DNA of 63,034 bases. It comes from Candidatus Scalinduaceae bacterium. Its GTDB lineage: Bacteria > Planctomycetota > Brocadiia > Brocadiales > Scalinduaceae. A program made the translations under genes and the position numbers. Below, in pieces: positions 1-9,103 of the stretch. Under the pieces are notes generated by a model. That model was not told the origin of the DNA, did no database searches, and was given only the letters and a program-made list of their open reading frames with translations. The stretch is taken from the NCBI GenBank assembly GCA_046759445.1, contig JBHICG010000013.1:1-63034 (forward strand), written 5' to 3'. The number at the start of each line of letters is the position of its first letter. Positions within the stretch are counted from its first letter, which is position 1.

Positions 1-1008
1 CATACGCCATAATCCTGCATCCACATCACGCATCACAGAAAATTCTGAGTAAAATACCGCATCCGTTGGCAATGGAAACGTCATTACAGGAGATGAAAAG
101 GTATCCAGGTTATTAACAGTTGTTTCCATGACATCAATCCGATTAGCGAACCATCTATCGCGCGTCTCAAAGACACTTACTACTCCATTGGTATGCAGTA
201 TTGGTTCTGTCCTTCTTCTCAAACTGACAAGTGGGGCAGAGTTCGCTGCTTTGAATGAGTTGGCTGCATCGCCAATGGCCAGAGCCTTCTTATATCCTCC
301 TCCCAATGCATCTGTAATATACCAGAGATGCCATTGACCATTTACAGAAGACGTTCCTCCTTGAGCACGCAACAATCCCAGCGGCCATGATTCTGAATTT
401 TGTGGAATCCCAGATACCAATCCCTGATCGGTAAAATTAAACCCATCTCCGGAAGTCGAAAGATGCAATTGGGTATCCACTGAACTCTGGTTTATGGCCA
501 CATTCGCTCCCCAATATAATAGAAACTCACCATTACTGTCCAATGTCGCCACAGGAAATTCAGCGCCTTCTTCTTCCTCATTGATTCCTTTTCCTGAACT
601 AAAAGTAATAATAGGGTTGCCTGAATACTTGGTGAAGTTGATACCGTCGGCACTGGTCGCGACACCGATGGCCCTGAATGCGGGTCCGTCATCAGATCTG
701 GCGTCAGGTGCCCCTTGATAGTACATATAATAAACTCCATTTTTCTTAACAACGGAACCAACATGAAAACCCGGCTGAGCAACGGCAGGTGAATAATCCC
801 ACTCTCCGGGATTCCCCCGGCTAAGCACGACGCCCTGCTCTGTCCAATTCCACGGAGGAGGAATCTCAGATGCAAGACTTAATTTGGTTAAAGTTACTAT
901 CCATACAAAACACATAAAGAAAAAATAGCCTAAACTTTTCGTAACCAATTTTGCACTCATTCTTTTATCGTTAAAGAATATATTCGAAAAAAGTCTGTTT
1001 AATACCAT
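1..1008 (-). CDS. Secreted glycosidase-like five-bladed beta-propeller protein (runs off window start)
   Basis: Absent from the ORF track because it has no stop in the window. Manual translation from ATG 1008 (RBS AAGGAG 1015-1020): MVLNRLFS...SLASEIPPPWNWTEQGVVLSRGNPGEWDY...GSVVKKNGVYYMYYQG...IGVATSADGINFTKYSGNPIITF. Clearly paralogous to the propeller domain of 1305-4907. Confidence 0.85.
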   Translation of the reverse strand, partial: MVLNRLFSNIFFNDKRMSAKLVTKSLGYFFFMCFVWIVTLTKLSLASEIPPPWNWTEQGVVLSRGNPGEWDYSPAVAQPGFHVGSVVKKNGVYYMYYQGAPDARSDDGPAFRAIGVATSADGINFTKYSGNPIITFSSGKGINEEEEGAEFPVATLDSNGEFLLYWGANVAINQSSVDTQLHLSTSGDGFNFTDQGLVSGIPQNSESWPLGLLRAQGGTSSVNGQWHLWYITDALGGGYKKALAIGDAANSFKAANSAPLVSLRRRTEPILHTNGVVSVFETRDRWFANRIDVMETTVNNLDTFSSPVMTFPLPTDAVFYSEFSVMRDVDAGLWRM

Positions 1009-1054
1009 ATATGTCTCCTTGCTTTTTTAATGAATAAATTAAGTCACTAATCAA

Positions 1055-1240
1055 CAGGTTGTCCGAGAATAAGCAAAATACCATTTTTTGTCATTCTGAC
1101 CCCGCTTCTTGCTTTCGCAAGAAAGCAGCGGGGTCAGAATCTGTAATTATAAGTACTTACAGAAGTATTAGATTCCGCCCCCATTCCTAGCTTACGCAAG
1201 GAAGCTATGGGGGGCGGAATGACAATTCTCGAACAGCCTG
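1055..1240. mobile_element. MITE (186 bp) with 16-bp TIRs and 4-bp TSD, carrying two GTCATTC/GAATGAC REP-type hairpins
   Basis: Ends CAGGTTGTCCGAGAAT ... ATTCTCGAACAGCCTG (14/16 inverted). TCAA directly flanks both ends (1051-1054, 1241-1244). Confidence 0.8.
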
Positions 1241-1304
1241 TCAAGGTGTGACCATAATTACCTCCAAAAACTGTCAAAATGTTTTTTAAAAATATATTTT
1301 TACC

Positions 1305-4300
1305 TCATTGTATCACTGTTAATCCTGTTGGAGTTGTTGGTGGGGTAGTATCAGGAGGGGTTGAACTACTTCCCTGGCCTAATATTACAACCGTATACAT
1401 ACTATTCCCGCTGCCTTGGTTGCCGCCTAAGGTGACTGCGCCGGCAGGGAAATCCTTTGCAAACAGCCTTAATGCCGTATCCGTTGTTACAATATCCTCG
1501 CCTGTGTCGGTAAAGCCTGCAAGCCATGAAGGTTTGGTGGTAATACGGTTATCATGCCCCACGTACACCGTCACATTTTGATTGACATCAAAGGTTAAAA
1601 ATGATGTTCCGGTTGAACTCTTGTCATTGTTGGCGGTCTGGATATACGTCGCGCCATTGACACTAGCCGGAACCGTGCTGAAGGTGAAGCTCCGGTCAAT
1701 ATAAGTCGCCGCTCCGGTCTGTAATCCATCCGGCACCACCACGTAGGCCGACCCGCTTCCTGCCGATAGATTACCGATGACTAATTGAGCCGCAAAGGTA
1801 TAGGTCCCCTGGGTATCCGGGGTAATCATATTAGGCGCGCTTGCCCTGTCCTGAATATTATTCACCGTTACCGTATAGGTAATCCCTTCACTGTGCGGAC
1901 TTGTAATCAGTGTTATGGTTTTGAGGTCTGAACCTAATGACGCGCCTGATACGGTAATGCCGTTGTCAATGCTATAGTTTGACGGGTCTTCCGCGCTTGT
2001 CCGCTCGACCGGCTCGCTGAAGACAACCGTGACCCCGGCGGCATTGCCGCTGGCGCTGACTGAGGTTATGGTGGGTGGAGTGGTATCTGTTAAAGTTGTC
2101 GCTGAAACAGACGCACTTTTTGCCGATTCTAGTCCAGCGCCGTTGACGGCTGTGACCTCGTAGGTGTAGCTCGTTCCTTCGCTAAGTCCGGTATCGGAAA
2201 AGGTGGTTGTGACGGATTGCCCGACGTTGGCGCCGTCCCGGTAGATATTGTAATGGTCGATACCGGATTCCGGATCAGTCGCAGCTTGCCAGGCGAGATC
2301 GATTTGAGATTCGCTTTGGGGTGTGGCGCTGACACTTTGCGGTGTTGTGGGAGGGGTGGAATCAGTCACGGACATAGGAGCCGTCCTCAGGCGAATACGC
2401 TTGTCCCCATCAGAATAATACATCCGCCACTCATTTTCACCAATATCCGGCAATACCATTACTTGCGTATAGTGTTCCGCAAGCGGATTCGGAAATGTAA
2501 TCACCGGCGCAGAATATGTGTCAAGGTTATCGACTGTCGTTTTGATTACTTTAAGCGTGCTGGGGGACCATCCGGGTGATGCGTCAAACAAGCTGACCGT
2601 TCCGTCTTGATGTAACACCGGCCACTCCGCCCTTGCTATACTCGATATAACCGGACCATTTTGATCGACCGACAAGGAGCCGGGTGTATCTCCTGTTGCC
2701 AACCAAACACTATATGGTCCAAACTGATCCGACATAAACCAAAGGTGCCATTTTCCGGTCAAACCCGAAGATGTTCCTCCCTGGGCATGCAGGACGCCAA
2801 CAGGCCAGTTTTCGCTCGCAACTAGACCCGGTATTTCTCCATGGTCTGTAAAGTTAAATCCATCACTTGAAGTTGAGTAGTGAACGCTCCCATCCACTCC
2901 AGTTGCGCTAATCGCCGTAATCGCCTCCCAGAACATTACAACATCGCCGTTATTGTCTAGCGCCGCTACGCAAAAAGCGGCGCCCTCCTCACATGGGTTA
3001 ATTTGAGAATTAGGTCCTTGATACGTTATGATGGGGTTTCCTGAATATTTGGTAAAATTAATGCCGTCTGAACTTATGGCTACGCCAATTTTTCTATAAT
3101 CAACGCCTCCATCGCTACAGCCTGCGCCGGACGATCCGACATAATACAAAAAGTATGTGCCGTTTTTTTTAACCACAGCGCCAACGCGAACATAATTGCC
3201 ATTAGCGTCCCATGCGCCGTCAGGTCCTTTCTCGATCACAACTCCCCGCTCCGTCCACTGGCTCGGGTCCGGTATGCCGGGAGGAGGAAGTTGGACCACA
3301 GGCGGGCCACTTAAAAGCAGCACTGAATCACCGGAGAAAGGAGAAGTTAGCGTCCTCGAAGCGCCTCCATTTACACTCCCAGCATTTTGCTCGTTCCCAT
3401 TCTTCGGGTCGTACCAGAGCACGGAAAAGGCATCAGATGAAGCTGTTCCGGAAAGATCAATGGTGATCGATCCGCCATCTTCGTCATAGACCAAATATTC
3501 CTGCCCTGGGATTCCTGAGGCAATCTGCCGGGCAGAACTTGAGACCAGGTTATTAAGCTGCTGGTACTGCCGGTATTGTGTCTTGGAGTAAAAGAAGTCA
3601 AACATTATCTGAATAAAGGGCTCCCCTTCGCCGTTCCATTGCCCGCCTGCGGGAGGATGTGTTAACCAATCCTCACTATAAAGGGGCATGACCCCAGCAA
3701 ACATTATGCCCCACGCTGCTCGTCGGACCTCAACTCCATTTCGTGGGTTACCATCCGTTCCATCTGCCGTTTCCCAAATATCTTCGGATGCAATAATTGG
3801 CTTGTTGACAAAGGAACCTTGCACGCCACCGTGTTGACCTCCCGTTCGAGTATTGCCCGAAAATACATTTCTACTCTGAAGTTGCCGCATTGAAAACCCT
3901 CCCCAACTATCAAAACTAGCTCGCATCGAATCATGGCTCGTAAGCAAGGTATTGAAGGGATTCCAATTAGATGGATTAGACATCCAACTATTTACAGTAG
4001 ATTCGCTCCAACTCTCCGGCCACTCAAAAGTCAGGCTATTGCCTAAGTTATTCCAAAAGGCCCCTGTTCGAGCTATATAATACCGCCAGAAACGTTTTTG
4101 TCGATCGACAGTTCCTAATGTTGCATTCACATCACCCTGACCTACAAGAGAAAAATAAAAGACGTAAATCTCATTCACTCGATAATGGTTGATGACTCGA
4201 TCCTCGTTTGTCCAAGTTTTAATCTGGAATCGATCAAGATCAGTATTTGAACCATCAAAATACCACCAGTTATGTCCTGGACGAGCAAGAAAACCAGGTC

Positions 4301-4907
4301 CATCTACCATAACCATGTTGTAGCCACCAGGTATAACGTGGTTATCAACATCTGACAGGTACTCATCTATGCTATTGTTGAATAGTTGGGAAGAACGGCT
4401 CCACCACCATCCATTGGTCGTAGTGTATCCGCGAAAGTTAAATGGCTCATTCCGAGCCGTCATAAAGTACCACGGGTTATCGCTGGCGATATTTAAAGGC
4501 CCAGGGAGTTCTGTGTCTACTACACTAAAACTCCCTGATCCTCCTGGTGTGCCATCTGTCCAGGTGTAGGTATAAGTCCACGTCCCAATCTCATCCGGCA
4601 TAAACCGCAGTTTCCATACATTACCTGTTTGTCCTCCATTGCCGTCTCCATCGTGGAACCCGAAGAAGTTTATCTGTTTATTTGAGGGAGCGGTAAAAGT
4701 TGCCTGAAGTTCAATTTCATTATAATCAAATGGGTTAGAATAACTGTTCGTATTGATTACCTGAGTCTCCCACACATCATAGAGTCCCACCTGGCTCATC
4801 CCTAAAGCTTGATTGCTTATAAATCCAAATACAAGAGATAAGGCAATAACCAACATAAAATATAACCTACAAACGCAAGACATATTTGTTTGTTTTTTCG
4901 CTTTCAT
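1305..4907 (-). CDS. 1200-aa secreted multidomain protein: DUF5060-like, TIM-barrel glycosidase-like, collagen-binding-like domain, beta-propeller, FN3, Ig-like, C-terminal beta domain
   Basis: Signal peptide. DUF5060-like motif F-T-A-P-S...FFGFHDGDG...WKLRFMPDE.G.W.Y. WYDPKNG module, SSDGINFTK repeats, FN3 (YNIYRDG...GLSEGTSYTYEVTAVN), VVFSEPV Ig-like domain. Confidence 0.85.
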   Translation of the reverse strand: MKAKKQTNMSCVCRLYFMLVIALSLVFGFISNQALGMSQVGLYDVWETQVINTNSYSNPFDYNEIELQATFTAPSNKQINFFGFHDGDGNGGQTGNVWKLRFMPDEIGTWTYTYTWTDGTPGGSGSFSVVDTELPGPLNIASDNPWYFMTARNEPFNFRGYTTTNGWWWSRSSQLFNNSIDEYLSDVDNHVIPGGYNMVMVDGPGFLARPGHNWWYFDGSNTDLDRFQIKTWTNEDRVINHYRVNEIYVFYFSLVGQGDVNATLGTVDRQKRFWRYYIARTGAFWNNLGNSLTFEWPESWSESTVNSWMSNPSNWNPFNTLLTSHDSMRASFDSWGGFSMRQLQSRNVFSGNTRTGGQHGGVQGSFVNKPIIASEDIWETADGTDGNPRNGVEVRRAAWGIMFAGVMPLYSEDWLTHPPAGGQWNGEGEPFIQIMFDFFYSKTQYRQYQQLNNLVSSSARQIASGIPGQEYLVYDEDGGSITIDLSGTASSDAFSVLWYDPKNGNEQNAGSVNGGASRTLTSPFSGDSVLLLSGPPVVQLPPPGIPDPSQWTERGVVIEKGPDGAWDANGNYVRVGAVVKKNGTYFLYYVGSSGAGCSDGGVDYRKIGVAISSDGINFTKYSGNPIITYQGPNSQINPCEEGAAFCVAALDNNGDVVMFWEAITAISATGVDGSVHYSTSSDGFNFTDHGEIPGLVASENWPVGVLHAQGGTSSGLTGKWHLWFMSDQFGPYSVWLATGDTPGSLSVDQNGPVISSIARAEWPVLHQDGTVSLFDASPGWSPSTLKVIKTTVDNLDTYSAPVITFPNPLAEHYTQVMVLPDIGENEWRMYYSDGDKRIRLRTAPMSVTDSTPPTTPQSVSATPQSESQIDLAWQAATDPESGIDHYNIYRDGANVGQSVTTTFSDTGLSEGTSYTYEVTAVNGAGLESAKSASVSATTLTDTTPPTITSVSASGNAAGVTVVFSEPVERTSAEDPSNYSIDNGITVSGASLGSDLKTITLITSPHSEGITYTVTVNNIQDRASAPNMITPDTQGTYTFAAQLVIGNLSAGSGSAYVVVPDGLQTGAATYIDRSFTFSTVPASVNGATYIQTANNDKSSTGTSFLTFDVNQNVTVYVGHDNRITTKPSWLAGFTDTGEDIVTTDTALRLFAKDFPAGAVTLGGNQGSGNSMYTVVILGQGSSSTPPDTTPPTTPTGLTVIQ

Positions 4908-5340
4908 AAAAATTCTCCTTTAGCCGACTATACTTCTCAAAGAGGATCATCGCACTCTTACCTTTGAGACAGTCCAATATGGTTGATACCGAATACTTCT
5001 ACTTCGGCGAGATACTTAAACACATATGGATATGATCCAAGTATACCTTTGCTTCCAATATTTTTATGCCTTTGTACTCGCATAATCAATGCAAGATTAT
5101 CCCCCACCTCTCAGCGTAATTTCCATATATGATTTTCTCCTTCGCTTCGGCACCCATACCACATGATATTTACACTCCCACACGGTGTGAGATAAGCTTT
5201 TTTTCATATCTGATGCTCCTTTCCTATAGATCGTGCCACAGAGATAGCTTCGGCGCTATTCTACGGTAGGAGCATTTTCTTAGTAAATACTTCAGCATAG
5301 CTTTTGTTATTCTCCCCAGCTTAACTGGGGGCTTAATTCA
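4908..5340 (-). pseudogene. tnpA: IS200/IS605-family Y1 transposase (tnpA) relic with left-end hairpin
   Basis: From ATG 5207: MKKSLSHTVWECKYHVVWVPKRRRK..YGKLR..LCEYKG..DHIHM (HuH motif)..LKGKSAMILFEKYSRL. Contains internal stops and frameshifts and is truncated before the catalytic Tyr. Hairpin CCCCAG-CTTAA-CTGGGG at 5314-5330. Confidence 0.9.
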
Positions 5341-5369
5341 GAAGTTACCACCACCCGATTAAACAGGAA

Positions 5370-8300
5370 TTACTGAACTATTCTTAATCCAACAGGATCT
5401 GCTGGTGGTGTAGTATCAGGGGGAGTTGAACCACTTCCCTGGCCTAATATTACAACCGTATACATGCTATTCCCACTACCTTCATTACCACCAAGTACAA
5501 CCGCACCGGCAGGAAAATCCTTTGCAAATAGACTTAATGCCGTATCCGTAGTTACAATATCCTCGCCAGTATCAGTAAAAGGCGACATCCATGATGGTTT
5601 AGGAGTAATACGATTATCATGGGCAACCAACACCGTTACATCCTGATTTACGTCAAACGTAAAGAAAGATGTCCCCGTTGACGATTTGTCATTGTTAGCC
5701 GTCTTAATATAGGTGGTTCCTTGCACCGAGGCAGGAACGGTACTATATGTAAAGCTTCGGTCAATGTATGCCAGGGCTCCATTTTGCAGCCCATCTTCGA
5801 CTACCTCATAAATTTTGCCATTTACCACTGTCAAATTACTGATTATTAATTGAGCTACAAAGGTATACGTTGCCTGCGTATTAGCAGTAATCACATTAGG
5901 AGTGCTTGCCCTATCCTGGATGTTATTGACAGTCAATGTATAAGTGGTCCCCTCACTGTGCGGGCTGGTGGTCAGGGTTACGGTCTTGAGGTCTGTACCC
6001 AGGGAAGCAACTGATATTGTGATGCCGTTGTCTATATCGTAATTTGATATCTCTTCCGCGCTAACCTGCTCTACTGGCTCGCTGAAGACAACTGTGACCC
6101 AGACGGCATTGTCGCTTACGCTTACAGAGGTTATAGTGGGCGGTATGGTATCAGCTAAGGTCGTTGCTGAAATAGGCGTACTCCTTGCGGATTCCAGTCC
6201 CGCGCCGTTTACGGCTGAGACCTCGTAGGTATATGTAGTTCCCTCGTCAAGTCCGGCATCTGAGAACGAGGTGGTTGTAGGTTGCCCTACATTAGCACCA
6301 TCTCTGTAAATATTGTATTTGCTGATCCCTGATTCAGGGTCATCCGCTGCCTGCCATGTGAAGTCGATCTGTGATTCGCTTTTGGCAGTAGCGCTTAGGT
6401 TTTGAGGAATGGTTGGAGGAGTGGCGTCAGGAGGAACGCCTCCTAAAAGCAGCACAGAATCACTAGAAAAAGGAGAGGTAAGAGTTCTGGAAGCCCCGCC
6501 GTTGACACTGCCGCCAGCCTGCTCGATTCCATTGTCTTTTGGATCATACCAAAGGACTGAAAAGGCATCAGATGAAGCTGTTCCGGAAAGATCAATGGTG
6601 ATCGATCCGCCGTCTTCGTCATAGACCAGATATTCCTGCCCTGGGATTCCTGAGGCAATCTGCCGGGCTGAGCTTGAAACCAGGCTATTAAGCTTCTGGT
6701 ACTGCCGGTATTGTGTCTTAGAGTAAAAGAAATCAAACATTCTTTTTACATCATCCTTGCCTTCTCCTTGACCAAAGCTCGACTTATTCCTCGTTCCAAA
6801 TTCAGTGTATATGGGCATCACACCAGCCAGCATCCCTCCCCAGGCACCCCGGCGGACCTCTGTTTCGTTACGGGGATTACCAAAACCCCCATCTAGATCT
6901 TCCCAAATATCCTCTGCTCCGATAATCGGCATATTAATAAATGGTCCCTGAATGCCGCCATGTTGACCCGCAGATCTGGAGTTGCCTGTAAAAACCGTAC
7001 GGCTTTGGCGCTGCCGGGCAGAAAAGCTCATCCAGTTCGTAAAGCTGGAACGGGAGCTATCGTGGGATGTTAACAGTGTAGAAAAAGGATTCCAGTCCTT
7101 GACTTGACTCATTACCTGAGTAACTTGACTCTCACTCAAAACTTCAGGCCATTCCCAGGTCAGGCTCCATCCATTCCAATTATAATAGGGGGCCATACGT
7201 GCTACCCAGTAGCGCAAAAACACTTTCTCATCGCTAAAAGCATAGAATTGTCCCTGTCTAAAGAATGCACTCCATGGCATCGCATAAACACGCTGGTCTT
7301 TTAGAAAGGTCAATAAATCATCCATGGCTGTCCAGACTGTCAGGTCAAAAATCTTTTTGCCGGATTCTGACCCATCTATCCACCATGATTCAGGATGACT
7401 TACTTGCTCTCGATCACTATTGGCATTAGTATAGATAAAGTTACAGCCCACAGAATCGATATCTGACTGAATGGCGGCCTTGTACTCTTCGAGTTTTGCA
7501 GTAAAAGAAAAGTTCTTAAAGCCACTTATTTGATCAATATCTTTATGCCAAAACATAAACCCACACCCACGAAAATGAAAAGGCTCTCCTCTCGCGGTCT
7601 CAAAATACCATGGGTTATCAGTCGCAATCTTCAAATGACCTGGCAACCCGGTATCTACTACCTCAAAACTGCCTGATCCTCCTGGTGTACCATCTGTCCA
7701 GGTGTAATTGTAACTCCACGTACTTGTTTCATCCGGCATAAATCTTAGTTTCCATACATTGCCAGTTTGCCCTCCATTGCCGTCCCCATCGTAAAAACCA
7801 AAGAAGTCTACAGTCTTCCCTGAAGGCGCAGTGAACGTTGCCTGCAGTTCGATCACCGTATAATCAAAGGGATTGGAATAGTTTTTGGTATTAGTTACCT
7901 GAGTCTCAAACACATCATAGAGACCAACTTGATTCTGGATAGAGGATTGAGTAATTGCCAGGACAGATGGTGAACGTCCTGACTCATTCCCCGCGGCATC
8001 AAATGCAGAGACTGCGTAAGCATAGCTAGTCCCAGGTGTCAGCCCGCTGTCCGGATAGGACGTTGTCATCGTAGTGACAATCTCTACGCCGTCTCTGTAT
8101 ACCCTGTACCCCGCCACTCCGCTCACTTGCCCTGAACCTGTCGAAGGATCAGTTGACGCATCCCAGGAGAGGTTAATCTCTGATTGAGACAGGGGTTGTG
8201 CACTAAGGTTTTGTGGGATAGTGGGAGCAGTTATATCAGCAAGAGATAATGTGGTAAAGGTAAGATCATTCGATACGGCCATATTCCCTGAGCCGTCCCT

Positions 8301-8918
8301 GGAAATGATGATGTAATGATACTCTGTGTTGGGCAATAGACCTGTTACTTGTAAGGTGTGACTTATGACCATTAGAGAATCTAACACAGTGTTTCCGTAA
8401 CTGGTATCTAACCCGTAGTCGACTTGCGAATCTGCCGGTTCATCGGTCGTCCACGTAATCGTCACGCTGTTGTCGGTTAAACTCTGAAGAGTGATGGCTG
8501 AAATAACTGGCGGTGTGGTATCGGGCGCGGACACTATCTCCACTGTCAGCCGGCTCTCGCCCGTTGCCTGTCCGTCTGTCACGCGTAATATCCAGTCATA
8601 TATCTTGGGCGCGGAACTTAGAGCATAGTCGAAACTCACCGGCGTCACTGTACCGCTTCCATTGCCAAAAAGAATCTCGGCCCCGCCATTGACCGTGTAG
8701 AGCCACTCCCAGCTTAACGGATCGCCGTCAGGGTCACTGGCCGAACCTGTGTACGTCACGGTCGTCCCTTCAGTTACCTGCAGCCCTGCTTTCGCAGAAT
8801 CCGCATCGGTGGCATCATGGCTAACAGCACTTACTACCGGCGCGCGGTTTACGTTATTCACCGTTATCGTAATATCTTCACTATCGGTTAATGCGCCGTC
8901 GCTTACTTCAAAGTGCAC
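5370..8918 (-). CDS. C-terminal fragment of giant secreted protein (Ig/cadherin-like, FN3 x3, DUF5060-like, TIM-barrel-like, collagen-binding-like, Ig, C-terminal domain); frame open upstream to ~9140
   Basis: No signal peptide or RBS. The frame continues upstream (PVNNAPQLNLIGDKNVNEGESLNVNITASDIDGD...) to the G7 run at 9136-9142. Strongly paralogous to 1305-4907. Confidence 0.8.
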   Translation of the reverse strand: MHFEVSDGALTDSEDITITVNNVNRAPVVSAVSHDATDADSAKAGLQVTEGTTVTYTGSASDPDGDPLSWEWLYTVNGGAEILFGNGSGTVTPVSFDYALSSAPKIYDWILRVTDGQATGESRLTVEIVSAPDTTPPVISAITLQSLTDNSVTITWTTDEPADSQVDYGLDTSYGNTVLDSLMVISHTLQVTGLLPNTEYHYIIISRDGSGNMAVSNDLTFTTLSLADITAPTIPQNLSAQPLSQSEINLSWDASTDPSTGSGQVSGVAGYRVYRDGVEIVTTMTTSYPDSGLTPGTSYAYAVSAFDAAGNESGRSPSVLAITQSSIQNQVGLYDVFETQVTNTKNYSNPFDYTVIELQATFTAPSGKTVDFFGFYDGDGNGGQTGNVWKLRFMPDETSTWSYNYTWTDGTPGGSGSFEVVDTGLPGHLKIATDNPWYFETARGEPFHFRGCGFMFWHKDIDQISGFKNFSFTAKLEEYKAAIQSDIDSVGCNFIYTNANSDREQVSHPESWWIDGSESGKKIFDLTVWTAMDDLLTFLKDQRVYAMPWSAFFRQGQFYAFSDEKVFLRYWVARMAPYYNWNGWSLTWEWPEVLSESQVTQVMSQVKDWNPFSTLLTSHDSSRSSFTNWMSFSARQRQSRTVFTGNSRSAGQHGGIQGPFINMPIIGAEDIWEDLDGGFGNPRNETEVRRGAWGGMLAGVMPIYTEFGTRNKSSFGQGEGKDDVKRMFDFFYSKTQYRQYQKLNSLVSSSARQIASGIPGQEYLVYDEDGGSITIDLSGTASSDAFSVLWYDPKDNGIEQAGGSVNGGASRTLTSPFSSDSVLLLGGVPPDATPPTIPQNLSATAKSESQIDFTWQAADDPESGISKYNIYRDGANVGQPTTTSFSDAGLDEGTTYTYEVSAVNGAGLESARSTPISATTLADTIPPTITSVSVSDNAVWVTVVFSEPVEQVSAEEISNYDIDNGITISVASLGTDLKTVTLTTSPHSEGTTYTLTVNNIQDRASTPNVITANTQATYTFVAQLIISNLTVVNGKIYEVVEDGLQNGALAYIDRSFTYSTVPASVQGTTYIKTANNDKSSTGTSFFTFDVNQDVTVLVAHDNRITPKPSWMSPFTDTGEDIVTTDTALSLFAKDFPAGAVVLGGNEGSGNSMYTVVILGQGSGSTPPDTTPPADPVGLRIVQ
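8127..8147 (-). repeat. In-frame REP-like insertion encoding PSTGSGQ
   Basis: CCTTCGACAGGTTCAGGGCAA lies inside an FN3 loop (ASTD-PSTGSGQ-VSGVAGY). The sibling FN3 domains read AADDPESGISKY. Confidence 0.55.
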
Positions 8919-9103
8919 ACTTGAATAAGAACCTGATTGGGTATTGTCCGGTGTCCATGTGAATAATCCCGTGCCGCCGCCGTTATCCGTAAAACCCGCT
9001 CCTTGAGGCAGATTTGAAGCTGAAAGTGTCAGGGTATCTCCATCTATATCACTCGCTGTAATATTAACATTTAAGCTCTCCCCTTCATTAACGTTCTTAT
9101 CCC

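Noticed and set aside
128..875. Short tracked ORFs 128-337, 492-875 and 494-718
   Set aside because: Shadow frames of the real minus-strand gene 1-1008.
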